The notes under the pieces: generated by a model
Seen by the model: only the letters and a program-made list of their open reading frames with translations
What the model was told of the DNA's origin: nothing
The model's database searches: none
Source of the DNA: Macrostomum hystrix
Lineage: Eukaryota > Animalia > Platyhelminthes
Direction of reading: 5' to 3'
Assembly: GCA_950097015.1 (NCBI GenBank)
Contig: CATNEN010000039.1
Coordinates: 5,270,001 to 5,334,000 of the forward strand
Length of the DNA stretch: 64,000 bases
Part shown: positions 46,541-59,100 of the stretch, piece by piece
How positions within the stretch are numbered: position 1 is the stretch's first letter
Layout: every line of letters starts with the position of its first letter
Program-made: the position numbers and the translations under genes

Positions 46541-47980
46541 CTAATCATTTCTCTCTCCAGTCTCACTAGTTGAAGCATCGCCATCGGCAGCCACCGGACG
46601 TCGACGAAGCTGCTGCCCCGAAGCCTCCGCGCTGTCGTCTCGGGTGGTGACAGCAGCGTCGGCGTCGGGTTTCTCAGAAGACTGCAGCAGCGCCGACTGC
46701 TCAGCCACGGTGTCCAACTCGGCAATGTCCTCCGGGCAAAAGCGGTCGCAGCAGCAGACGAGGCAGAGGATGAGGCCGGCGCCAAACGCCACGGCCAGGC
46801 AGAGGATGACCAGGTAGGCCAGGTGGACGGACATGCCGATTGGCGGGCCGGTGAGGCGCGAGTGCAGATTCCTGACGCCAAGGGCGCCCCGGATCAGCCA
46901 GGCCATGCAGCGGACATGGATGGCAGTCGGCGTCCGGTACCATGGCAACGGGGCCACGCCGGAATGACCGCCGCCGGGCCGGGCGAAGCGCAGCCAGGCC
47001 TCGACCAGCCGCTGATCGTCGGCGCCGGGTCCGACTGAGGAGAATTCGAACTGGCGGAACGAGCCGTCAGGTGTGTACAGGTACACTGTGGGCAGCTGGG
47101 TGACCAGGAACATGCCGCCTACCACCTGCGGAGTGGTTTAGCGGGCTCGCTTCAATTATGAGGAATAATTGGTCATCAAAAGTTCAATAATCCAAATTCG
47201 TTTTAATAATTTCCCTAAATATCCTTTTTCAATCCTTTCCGATGGCATTGTTCCTCGAATCGTCAACCCCTTTTAAATTGTTCTTTATCTGGCTCTCACT
47301 CTCGCTCAATGTCACTCAACTCAGAATCCTTAATAATCCCATAATACGAATCGTTTTTCTTATTAATCCTGATCAAATTCCTGTTTGAATCCTTCCTAAT
47401 CCCATTAGAATCCTTCCATATCCCATTAGAATCCTTCCTAACCCCATTAGAATCCTTCCTAATTACATTAGAACCCTTCCTAATCCCATTAGAATCCTTC
47501 CTAATCCCATTAGAATCCTTCCTAATCCCATTATAATCCTTCCTAACCCCATTAAAATCCTTTCTAATCCCATTATAATCCTTACTAATCCCATTAGAAT
47601 CCTTCCTAATCCATTAAAAACCTTCCTAATCTCATTAGAGCCCTTCCTAATCCTATTAGAATCCTTCCTAATCCCATTAGAATCCTTCCTAATCCCATTA
47701 TAATCCTGACCTCCTCCTTGGCGACGTCCACGTGTCCGACCCGCAGCCAATCGACTTCGTCGGCGCGCCCTGCGAGCAGGCGCCATGCGGGCTCCAGGCG
47801 ACGGCAGGCCGGGCACCAGGGGGCGAAGAACTTCAAAAGCCAGGTGTCATTGCCGCCGTTGGACAGGCGCTCGAGCCAGTTGGAGTCGCCCAGTTCCTCG
47901 GAGTCGGCGCCTTGGCAACCGGGTAGCAACATGCTGGTCAGGGCCAGCAGCGCAAGTGAACATTGCAAATAAATGCGCAT
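46541..47980 (-). CDS. TMX1: Thioredoxin-related transmembrane protein (TMX1-like, 2 exons)
   Basis: join(47980-47711,47125-46541). It has a signal peptide, the WLLKFFAPWCPAC active site, FLVTQLPTVY, a C-terminal TM helix and an acidic tail with LRRR. Confidence 0.85.
47390..47705. repeat. 21-bp intronic minisatellite (aatcccattagaatccttcct)
   Basis: Lies in the TMX intron next to the donor site. Confidence 0.9.
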
Positions 47981-48119
47981 TCTCTGAAAGTGGGATTTTT
48001 TCTTAGGAGTAATGCCTACAAACGGATTGACTTTTTATAGCTTGTAATCAGCTTTATGTGCACAATAAATGTTCGAAATCATCTTATCCGATTCCCTATT
48101 TGAATCCTACAATAGGCTA

Positions 48120-49100
48120 CGCCTAATCCCACGTTGGTTCCGACTAATCCCACATGGATTCAGACTAATCCTACATGGATTCAGACTAATCCTACATGGA
48201 TTCAGACTAATCCTACATGGATTCAGACTAATCCTACATGGATTCAGACTAATCCCACATGGATTCAGACTAATCCTACATGGATTCAGACTAATCCCAC
48301 ATGGATTCAGACTAATCCCACATGGATTCAGACTAATCCCACATGGATTCAGACTAATCCCACATGGATTCAGACTAATCCTACATGGATTCAGACTAAT
48401 CCCACATGGATTCAGACTAATCCCACATGGATTCAGACTAATCCTACATGGATTCAGACTAATCCCACATGGATTCAGACTAATCCTACATGGATTCAGA
48501 CTAATCCCACATGGATTCAGACTAATCCCACATGGATTCAGACTAATCCCACATGGATTCAGACTAATCCTACATGGATTCAGACTAATCCCACATGGAT
48601 TCAGACTAATCCCACATGGATTCAGACTAATCCCACATGGATTCAGACTAATCCTACATGGATTCAGACTAATCCCACATGGATTCAGACTAATCCTACA
48701 TGGATTCAGACTAATCCTACATGGATTCAGACTAATCCCACATGGATTCAGACTAATCCTACATGGATTCAGACTAATCCCACATGGATTCAGACTAATC
48801 CCACATGGATTCAGACTAATCCTACATGGATTCAGACTAATCCTACATGGATTCAGACTAATCCCACATGGATTCAGACTAATCCCACATGGATTCAGAC
48901 TAATCCCACATGGATTCAGACTAATCCCACATGGATTCAGACTAATCCCACATTGATTCAAACTAATCCTACATTTATTCCGACTAATCCCACATGGATT
49001 CAGACTAATCCCACATGGATTCAGACTAATCCTACATGGATTCAGACTAATCCTACATGGATTCAGACTAATCCTACATGGATTCAGACTAATCCCACAT
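48120..49100. repeat. 21-bp minisatellite x~46 (ggattcagactaatccYacat)
   Basis: Near-perfect array with one C/T variable position. Confidence 0.95.
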
Positions 49101-50194
49101 CAAATCTCAGATGGATTTTGACTTATCACATACGGTTCATACTAATGTTATATTTCTTCTAAAAATTGCTAACCGATTATAAAAAATATCTCAAAACATA
49201 TTTTTTTTATAAAATAATATCGCTTCAAAAAAGTAAATAATTTAAAAGGAACAAAAAGTGAAAAATCGTTCAAAACTATTTATAAAACAGCTTATCTTTC
49301 AGGCTAGACTTACAGTGTATTCTTATATGCTACCAAAGTAGAGGCATGGTTAAAATAATCCAATGAAAAGTACTTCGCACAATCCAGTCCTTAAAAATCT
49401 TAGCCGACGTCACTAGACAGGCTCGCAGTCATGATAGTGTAGGCATTTTCGATGCAATACTCTAAAACGGCTTCCTATTTGGCAACCGAATACTACTGAC
49501 TCTACTGTGAGTAGAGTGTAACGAAAAAAAACTGTCCAATGTGTGAGGCAGCCAAATTCATTACATCATAGATAAAAATACTTATAATAAGCTTGCTAAG
49601 CACACACGAGCTCACGCCAGGGAGCAAGCAATTTGAGTACAAAAAAGATCGCAAATATGCACTAGTACAGAAACACTACTAAAAGTGGATTGTGAGTAAA
49701 AAAAAGCTGTCTAATATAGGAAAATGATATCAGATCACAGATCTGCTAAATGGACGGACTCTTTTGAATCTACAATAAAATGATAATCTAAATATCATTT
49801 ATTTATTCTAAAAGGAACCATTTACATATACCAGCCGTTATAACTCAAATTGGCATAGAAGACACGTAAAATAAATAAAAAATGAAAAGAAACTACGAGT
49901 AATTATTTAGAAAACTGTAATTCGTTAGCGTCTACAAAGCCTAGGCAGAACAAATGCACCGGAGATGTGTGAGTTACTGACAAATAATGATTTCATACTA
50001 CTGCTAAATATACTCGCAACTGAGTAGTATATGCAAAAACTAACAATTTCAACCGAATAAAATAATATAAAAAGTTGAATTCGAGCAGACCAGTCAATAG
50101 CCAGTCCAAGCTTGACACAGGAGTCAATTTGAAAGAATTGGAATATTATTGATTTAATAAATTGACAATGTGAGCTATGAGTAGTTCTCAATAA

Positions 50195-53100
50195 TTAGTT
50201 ACTGGCCGCAGCCAGCTGCAAGCTGGTCTCCAACTCTTCTAGTCGAAGGCGCAGAGATCGCAGGCTGCTGTGGGATCGCTGGTACTGCATAGCAACCTGC
50301 TCGGCTGCCTGGTTCAACTCCCGCTGAAGCTGCTCCTTGAGCGAGGCGCCTCCAGTTTCTGCGACCTCCGCCGAAGACGACGAGACCGGAGCTTCCAGAC
50401 CGGCTCGGGTGGTTGACAAACTGCGTCGCAGTGAAGTCAAATGCGTCTGCACTCGCTGTCGTTGATCCCGACGACTGCCGGCCGCTGACATGCGCTGCTG
50501 CTGCTGCTCGAAGTCGCGATTATCGGCGCCGGCTTCCAGATCGAATCTGCCCGAGTCCAGGTCGTCTTTGAATGAGCGCAGGGCGCCAACCACGCGGCGT
50601 TCCCGATCGATCAGCTCCTCCTGGGAGAGGATCTGCGGCCGGGTTGGGTTGACTTTTGTTGGAATGTTGGGCTATTTTATAAGAAGGTTTATAGATAGCT
50701 CTAAATGATAAGGGGATATTTAGGGAGAATCATCATCCTATAAGTATGGAAACAGGCGATTTCAACCTGAGTAACGAGTAATATTTAGGGAAATTGTGGG
50801 ATTTCAAATAGAGTAATGTGGGATATTTGGGAAGGATTCCCATCGAGTAGGTATGAGAAATTGTGAGACTTTTAACCTGAGTAACATGGGATTTTTTGGG
50901 AGAATTTACATAGTATGGGAGATTTTGGCGATTTGAACCTCAGTAATATGGGATATTTAGGGAAAAATCTAACAAGAAATATCATCATTTTTTTTAAAAA
51001 AGACGATATCTAAGAAACTTATTAAAATTTAGCACATGAAACTCCAGGTAGATTGACAAGTCATGCGCAACACAATCAATTAAAATTTCACCTCTTGAGC
51101 CGTAGTGAAAAGTATTGAGCCAAACGAGCTGACCTGTACAAAAACGATGAAAACGCGATACTTGAGTTAGCACAGTTAAAAATCAATTCAAGTTAAACAT
51201 TGTCATGCTTTCAGGACACAGCAACAGAGTATGTTAGCTGCTATGCTAATCAACTATTGTATTCGCAAACCCGTCAAACCAACCTGCTTCTTCAGCTTGA
51301 CCAGCTCCTGCCGACAGGACGACAGTTCGTCTGTGAGCCGCTCGGCTCGCTTCCTCTGCTCTCGGCCAGTTCGCTCCAGCTCCGCAGCCTGCTCGCCGTC
51401 GCGACGCCGTGTGTCCTCCAGCTCCTAGGAGATGGTGAAGACAAAATAAGTGTCTCAAAATCTCTCCGTTCCATAATTGCAAAATCTCACCTCTCCTAGA
51501 CTTCCGTCTCAAAATCTCACCCCTCCTAGACTGCCGTCTCAAAATATCACCACCCCTCCTAGACTTCCGTATCAAAGTCTCACCCCTCCTAGACTGCCGT
51601 CTCAAAATCTCACCACCCCTCCTAGACTTCCGTATCAAAATCTCACCTCTCCTAGACTGCCGTCTCAAAATCTCATCTCTCCTAGACTGCCGTCTCAAAA
51701 TCTCACCACCCCTCCTAGACTTCCGTATCAAAATCTCACCTCTCCTAGACTGCCGTCTCAAAATCTCACCTCTCCTAGACTGCCGTCTCAAAATCTCACC
51801 CCTCCTAGACTGCCGTCTCAAAATCTCACCTCTCAGCCTTCCTAGATATTTTTATTGAAAGTTTTATCCCTCTTGTACTGGAGTCTCAAAATCCCCCCTC
51901 TTATTAGATTAAATATCTCAAAATCTCACAAGCTGAATTTCAATCTCACCTGAGCCGCTCTGGCCAGCTGGTCTCGCAGACGCAGCGCCTGCTGCTCCAG
52001 CGAGTGCACCGCCTCAACCTTGGCCTGACGCTCGCTCACGCACTGTTCGCGCAGTCCCGTGATCTCCTTGTAGCTGCGATTCAACGCCTGCGCCAGCTCC
52101 TGCTTGTCGCGCTGGCAGGCCGCGGTCTCGTGACTGAGCTCGGCCAGCTTGGCTTCGAGTTCGCCGCATCTGGGGTGAAAAAATTGCAGGCGATCGACAC
52201 GGCTTAAAAAGGCTTTTAAAATACCTTAGCTTGCGGGGGGCGACAGGCTGAGCGGTAAGGCGTCTGGATCTAACACTAGAGGTCGTGGGTTCGAATCCGC
52301 AATCAAGTCTCAGGAGTATGAGATCAGCTCACCTATTGGCCGTGAAGCGTTGCGCTTCGCACTCGCGCCTCACGTGACCCAGCGCGGCGCTGGCCGACCG
52401 CAGCTCCTCCTGGCGCAGCGCCAGGTCGGCCCGAACGCTGTCGAGCTCGGCGCCTCCGCTGGCAAGCAGGCCTGCGAGACGGGCCTCCTCCTTCTCGGCC
52501 TCGGAGCGAGCTCTGGCCAGCTTGCGGCCCGCCTCCTGCAAGACAAGATCGGAAATTTTAGTCAATGGTCAACCCGAGGATCTGTGGAAGGAGGTGGGTC
52601 AGTCTGGGGATCTGTGGAAGGAGGTGGGTCAGTCTGGGGATCTGGGGAAGGAGTTGTGTCAGTCTGGGGATCTGTGGAAGGAGGTGGGTCAGTCTGGGGA
52701 TCTGGGGAAGGAGTTGGGTCAGTCTGGGGATCTGTGGAAGGAGGTGGGTCAGTCTGGGGATCTGGGGAAGGAGTTGGGTCAGTCTGGGGATCTGGGGAAG
52801 GAGTTGGGTCAGTCTGGGGATCTGGGGAAGGAGTTGGGTCAGTCTGGGGATCTGTGGAAGGAGGTGGGTCAGTCTGGGGATCTGTGGAAGGAGGTGGGTC
52901 AGTCTGGGGATCTGTGGAAGGAGGTGGGTCAGTCTGGGGATCTGTGGAAGGTGGGTCAGTCTGGGGATCTGGGGAAGGAGTTGGGTCAGTCTGGGGACCT
53001 TCAGAACGAGGATCCAAATCACCTGCAGCTCAGCCTGCCGCTCGGCCAGCCTGGTCTCGGCTGCGGACAGCTCCTGCTGGGTGTTGGACAGCCGGCCGGC

Positions 53101-56100
53101 CGCTTCTTCAGCGGCTAAACGATTAGCGCGTATCGATTCCTGAATTTGAGGACAAGCAAAGCGTTTTTGGGATTACTGGTAAAGAGCTTAAAACCCCAAA
53201 GTGTAGGATATATACAAGCCCACTTACCAGCAGATTTGTTATCTTTTGTTTTTGAAAAAAAACCGGGTTGGTTACCTCCTAAGCTTCAGGGTCAGCTACC
53301 TCCTAAGCTTCAGGGTCAGCTACCACCTAAACTTCAGGGTCAGCTACCTCCTAAGCTTCAGGGTCAGCTACCTCCTAAGCTTCAGAGTCAGCTACCTCCT
53401 AAGCTTTAGGGTCAGCTACCTCCTAAGCTTCAGGGTCAGCTACCACCTAAACTTCAGGGTCAGCTACCACCTAAACTTCAGGGTCAGCTACCTCCTAAGC
53501 TTCAGGGTCAGCTACCACCTAAACTTCAGGCGACCTCCGACCTGAAGAGTTTCCCCAGCAGCAGCCACTCGCCTGGACTCGGCGCAGTTCGCAGCAGAGG
53601 TCGTCCTTTTCGCGTTGACGCGAGCGCAACTCGCCGGCCAGCGACTCCAGCTGCGACTCGGCCTCGGCCAGCCGACCGCGACGACCGCTGCACTCCTGAT
53701 TGGCCTCTCGTGACAAATCCTGGGGGGGGGGCAATTGGGTCCAAAACGACTCATAGAGTAAGATATGACCTGAAAGGAGAAAGGTTTGGACCCATATGGA
53801 CGGGGATCTGATATGGGGACTAGGAGGTTCGGCGATCTTAAGTAAGGATGTAGGAAGTTCAAATGAGGATATTGTAAGCACGGATATCCCGAATGGGGAT
53901 CTAATAGGGCCGGGATTTCAAATGAGGATCTAGGAGGGCCGGAAATATATAATTGGGATCTAGAAAGATGGTAAATTTAAGGGGACCAGGATCCCAAGTT
54001 TCTGGCTAGCTTTGAAGTCTGAAGGCTATGATACAAGAAAATTTTATCAAAAAGCAGGGCCGTCACTACCTTGCTCAAACTGTCCTTACCTGCAGCTGAG
54101 CAATCTCCTTCTGCATCTGAGTCTTGTCGGCCCGCAGCCTGTCCAGTCCCCGATTGGCCGCGGCGGCCTCCTGCTCGGCCTTGTCTAGCCGGGTCTGGGC
54201 CGAGGCCAGCGAGTCCTCCAGCTCCGTCAGCTGGCGGCGAAGCTGCTGGCCGCGCTGCTCGCACTGGTCGCGGGCCTCTGCCAAGCTGTCCCGCTCCCGC
54301 TTCAGGCCTGGCGAGAAACGATTGGTTTGGAATATGCTCACAAGAGATGACAACGACTGGGATCTGGGGAAATTAGGGATTTGGGAATGTACTAGATCAA
54401 ATATTCGACTTCGAAACAAGTAGCTCAATCTGAGGATCTGGGAGAATAGCAGCTCAATCTGAGGATCTGGGAGAATAGAAGCTCAGTCTGAGGATCTGGG
54501 AGAATAGAAGCTCAGTCTGAGGATCTGGGAGAATAGCAGCTCAATCTGAGGATCTGGGAGAATAGAAGCTCAGTCTGAGGATCTGGGAGAATAGCAGCTC
54601 AATCTGAGGATCTGGGAGAATAGCAGCTCAATCTGAGGATCTGGGAGAATAGCAGCTCAATCTGAGGATCTGGGAGAATAGCAGCTCAATCTGAGGATCT
54701 GGGAGAATAGCAGCTCAATCTGAGGATCTGTGAGAATAGTAGCTCAATCTGAGGATCTGGGAGAATAGCAGCTCAATCTGAGGATCTGGGAGAATAGCAG
54801 CTCAGTCTGAGGATCTGGGAGAATAGCAGCTCAGTCTGAGGATCTGGGAGAATAGTAGCTCAGTCTGAGGATCTGGGAGAATAGTAGCTCAATCTGAGGA
54901 TCTGGGAGAATAGTAGCTCAATCTGAGGATCTGGGAGAATAGTAGCTCAGTCTGAGGATCTGGGAGAATAGTAGCTCAATCTGGGGATCTGTGAGAATAG
55001 TAGCTCAATCTGAGGATCTGGGAGAATAGTAGCTCAATCTGGGGATCTGTGAGAATAGCAGCTCAGTCTGAGGATCTGGGAGAATAGCAGCTCAGTCTGA
55101 GGATCTGGGAGAATAGTAGCTCAGTCTGAGGATCTGGGAGAATAGTAGCTCAATCTGAGGATCTGGGAGAATAGTAGCTCAATCTGAGGATCTGGGAGAA
55201 TAGTAGCTCAGTCTGAGGATCTGGGAGAATAGTAGCTCAATCTGGGGATCTGTGAGAATAGTAGCTCAATCTGAGGATCTGGGAGAATAGTAGCTCAATC
55301 TGGGGATCTGTGAGAATAGTAGCTCAATCTGGGGATCTGCCCAGATTGAGGATGTGGAACTAGTACCCAAGGCGTGAGTACAGGTAGCGAATCTCACCTG
55401 CAACCAAAGCTTCCAGGTTTCGCTTGTCGCTCGTGAGAAGTTCCAAGGCCTCGTTCTCCCGGCCGACAGCCTCTCGCAGGCGCTCCAGCTCGGCCGTCTG
55501 GCGCTGTCTTGCAGTTTCGGCCTCTTTAAGATCGCGACGGGCCTCTGCTAGGGCGGCTGTCAAGCTGGCCAGAGCAGCCGATCTCTCGGAGCAGTCTGTG
55601 CTCATCTGGGCTAGCTGAGCACGCTGGGCCTCGGTCAGGTCGAGTAGGCGGCTGAGCTCCTGCTTCTGCTTGGCTGCCTGGCTGCTCACGGACTGCAGCT
55701 CCTGGTTAGAGGAAAAATTTCATTGGCTGAGGCTTCCATGAGCACTGGGTAGCTTTAGAACATAGGAAAAAATCGGAAGGGTCGAGTTAACAGCAAGGGA
55801 CGGAGTAGTGTAGGGGCAGAACATATTGTGAAAGGGCGGGGTAGTTTGTGCATGGCGGAGTAGATTGTGAAGACGCGGGAAGATAGTGAAGGGGCGGAGT
55901 AGTTTCTGAAGTGGCGGAGTAGGTTGTGAAGGGGCGGAGTAGGTTGTGTCGGGGCGGAGTAGGTTGTGTCGGGGCGGAGTAGGTTGTGTCGGGGTGGAGT
56001 AGTTTCTGAAGGGGCGGAGTAGGTTGTGTCGGGTTGGAGTAGTTACTGAAGGGGCGGAGTAGGTTGTGAAGGGGCGGAGTAGGTTGTGAAGGGGCGGAGT

Positions 56101-59100
56101 AGGTTGTGAAGGGGCGGAGTAGGTTGTGAAGGGGCGGAGTAGGTTGTGAAGGGGCGGAGTAGATTGTGAAGGGGCGGAGTAGGTTGTGAAGGGGCGGAGT
56201 AGGTTGTGAAGACTTGCTACAGAGTAGAATCTGTGATGATATTTTCAGCTGTAGAAAATGAAATCATAAGCCTCTAAATAGTGTAATAAACAAGAATTAG
56301 CACTTCACTAAACGCGCAGAAGATAATAAATGGTGTTCATAATTGTAAATAAGCAGTAATATCTGGCTGCTATAGAGATCAAATGGTACAAAAAGGAATG
56401 CCGAGTTTCATAGAAGTGCAAGTCACTTAACATCTAGCTAAAAGGTTGCATAGGCGCGCAGTAAAATCATAATTCATAAATCATAAATTTTAATCCGCTG
56501 CGAATACGAGTAAATAGGCGAAACGAGACGACAAAGAAAGAAATAGAAGAAGAAGGGCCTAGCGCGCAAGGCTTACGACTGAAAATACTGTCTGGCCCGC
56601 ATTGATGACGGCACCCGGTTGCTGCGATTGGAGACAAATTATGTTTTCGTAATATTATTTCGATACATATCGGCAGCCAGAATTATACAACTAACCTCTT
56701 TGTCTTTCTCCAACTGAGCCCGAGTCAAATCGCGACGCTCCTCTTCAGCCTTGGCTGATCTGGCCGCCTGAGCGGTCTCTTCGCGCAGCCCGGCCAGCCG
56801 GTTCGTTTGCTCCCGAGTCCGCGTCTCCAGCTCGGCGAGGTCGCGCGCAGCTCTCTGAGCCTCGCCGTCCAGCTGTTCACGGCGCAGTTGGGCATCGCGC
56901 GACGCCTGACGAAGCTGCTCACGCTGCTGCCCAGTCAGCTGCTCCAGCTGGGCCAGCTCCTTGCGCTTGGCCTCCAGCTGAAACGGCGTGGCTTGTCTAT
57001 GGCCCATTCTGGATGTCATATTGTGGCTTGTCTATGGCCCATTCTGGATGTCATATTGTGGCTTGTCTATGACCCATTCTGGATGTCATATTGTGGCTTG
57101 TCTATGACCCATTCTGGATGTCATATTGTGGCTTGTCTATGACCCATTCTGGATGTCATATTGTGGCTTGTCTATGACCCATACTGGATGTCATATTGTG
57201 GCTTGTCTATGGCCCATTCTGGATGTCATATTGTGGCTTGTCTATGACCCATACTGGATGTCATATTGTGGCTTGTCTATGGCCCATTCTGGATGTCATA
57301 TTGTGGCTTGTCTATGGCCCATTCTGGATGTCATATTGTGGCTTGTCTATGACCCATTCTGGATGTCATATTGTGGCTTGTCTATGACCCATTCTGGATG
57401 TCATATTGTGGCTTGTCTATGACCCATTCTGGATGTCATATTGTGGCTTGTCTATGACCCATTCTGGATGTCATATTGTGGCTTGTCTATGGCCCATTCT
57501 GGATGTCATATTGTAGCTTGTCTATGGCCCATTCTGGATGTCATATTGTGGCTTGTCTATGACCCATTCTGGATGTCATATTGTGGCTTGTCTATGACCC
57601 ATTCTGGATGTCATATTGTGGCTTGTCTATGACCCATTCTGGATGTCATATTGTGGCTTGTCTATGACCCATTCTGGATGTCATATTGTGGCTTGTCTAT
57701 GACCCATTCTGGATGTCATATTGTGGCTTGTCTATGACCCATTCTGGATGTCATATTGTGGCTTGTCTATGACCCATTCTGGATGTCATATTGTGGCTTG
57801 TCTATGACCCATTCTGGATGTCATATTGTGGCTTGTCTATGACCCATTCTGGATGTCATATTGTGGCTTGTCTATGACCCATTCTGGATGTCATATTGTG
57901 GTTTGTCAATGACCCACTGGATCCATTTTTTCCAGCAGTTACCTTGGCGCTGATGGCGGCCATTTCGTCTCTCTTGACCTTCAACTGTCCGCTAGCTTCG
58001 TCCAGCCGACAGAGCAGCCGCTGATCGTCGTAGGAGTTGCTGGCCAAGTGGCGCTGCAGATCCTGGTATCTGCAGAGAGGATGAGAAAAGAGAATGGTTT
58101 ATACTTGCCGATATGTAGCGAAAAAGATAGTTACGCTAGATATTTTAATATTCTGCAAGGCTGCTCTCACGTGACTTCCGCCTGTTGAATGCGCCTCTCG
58201 GCCTCCTGGAACTGTTCATCCTTGGCCTTGAGCAGTGTCTCAGCGTCGGCCAGAGTTCTCTCCAAACCGGACTTCTCCGCCTCCAGCTCTATTGTGATTC
58301 GCCTAGTCGCCTGAAGCTCCTCGTTGGCGCGGGCCAGCTCCTTGGCGGAGGCGGCCGACCGTCTGCCAAGCTCCTCGCATTCGCCAAGAATTCGGGCGTA
58401 CTCGGCAGAGGCTCGCTCAGATTTGTTGACGGCGTCGGTGGCGAATCGCTTGACGGTGTCGAGATCGAGCCGGGCCTCGCCAAGCTGCTTCTCGCAGGCG
58501 GCCAGCTCGCCCTGCCGTTTAGCCAGGCTGGCGTCCAGGCAGCGAAGCTCGGCGGCCACGCCGGCTGCACGCTCCTCCTCCAGGCGGTGAGCCTCCTCGC
58601 GCGACTGCAGCTCGCTGGAATGTCCGGCTGGCTGTGCACTTCTCCTGCTCGAGAACACCTGCCCATTCCGCTGACTCCTGAGCAATCTCACTGTGGCTTG
58701 GATGCTGGTCCTCAATGGCGTAAATTGCACGACAAGCCCCCAAGCCTTCTCACCGCGGCTGCGCCCGAAATGAATGTGGCCGAGCCGCGGAATCGAGCTC
58801 AGGGACCCTCTATCAATATTCACTCTTAACGCTCTGTCACTCGACCCCGACATAAACATAGCATGAGTACATGCTATTCTACGAGTATGACACTAAGTGT
58901 TCTAAGAAACGGGTCTTCTAACAAATTATGTTAATTTTATTTAAAAAACCTATGCCACATTTGTGGTCTAATTGGGGGTTGAAGCCTATTGGGTAGCGCG
59001 TCTGACACATACGATTTGTATGTCGGGAGTTCGTTAGAAATCCCTGCCGGCGCATGCCAGCACCCGGGCGCTCACCGCTGGGCTGCCACCGCAGCGACGC

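Noticed and set aside
48069-49162. Long repetitive ORFs (also 17343-18177, 45471-46202, 52350-53143, 61372-62114, 7840-8382)
   Set aside because: They are by-products of stop-free minisatellite units, open in several frames and strands, and located in introns or spacers.
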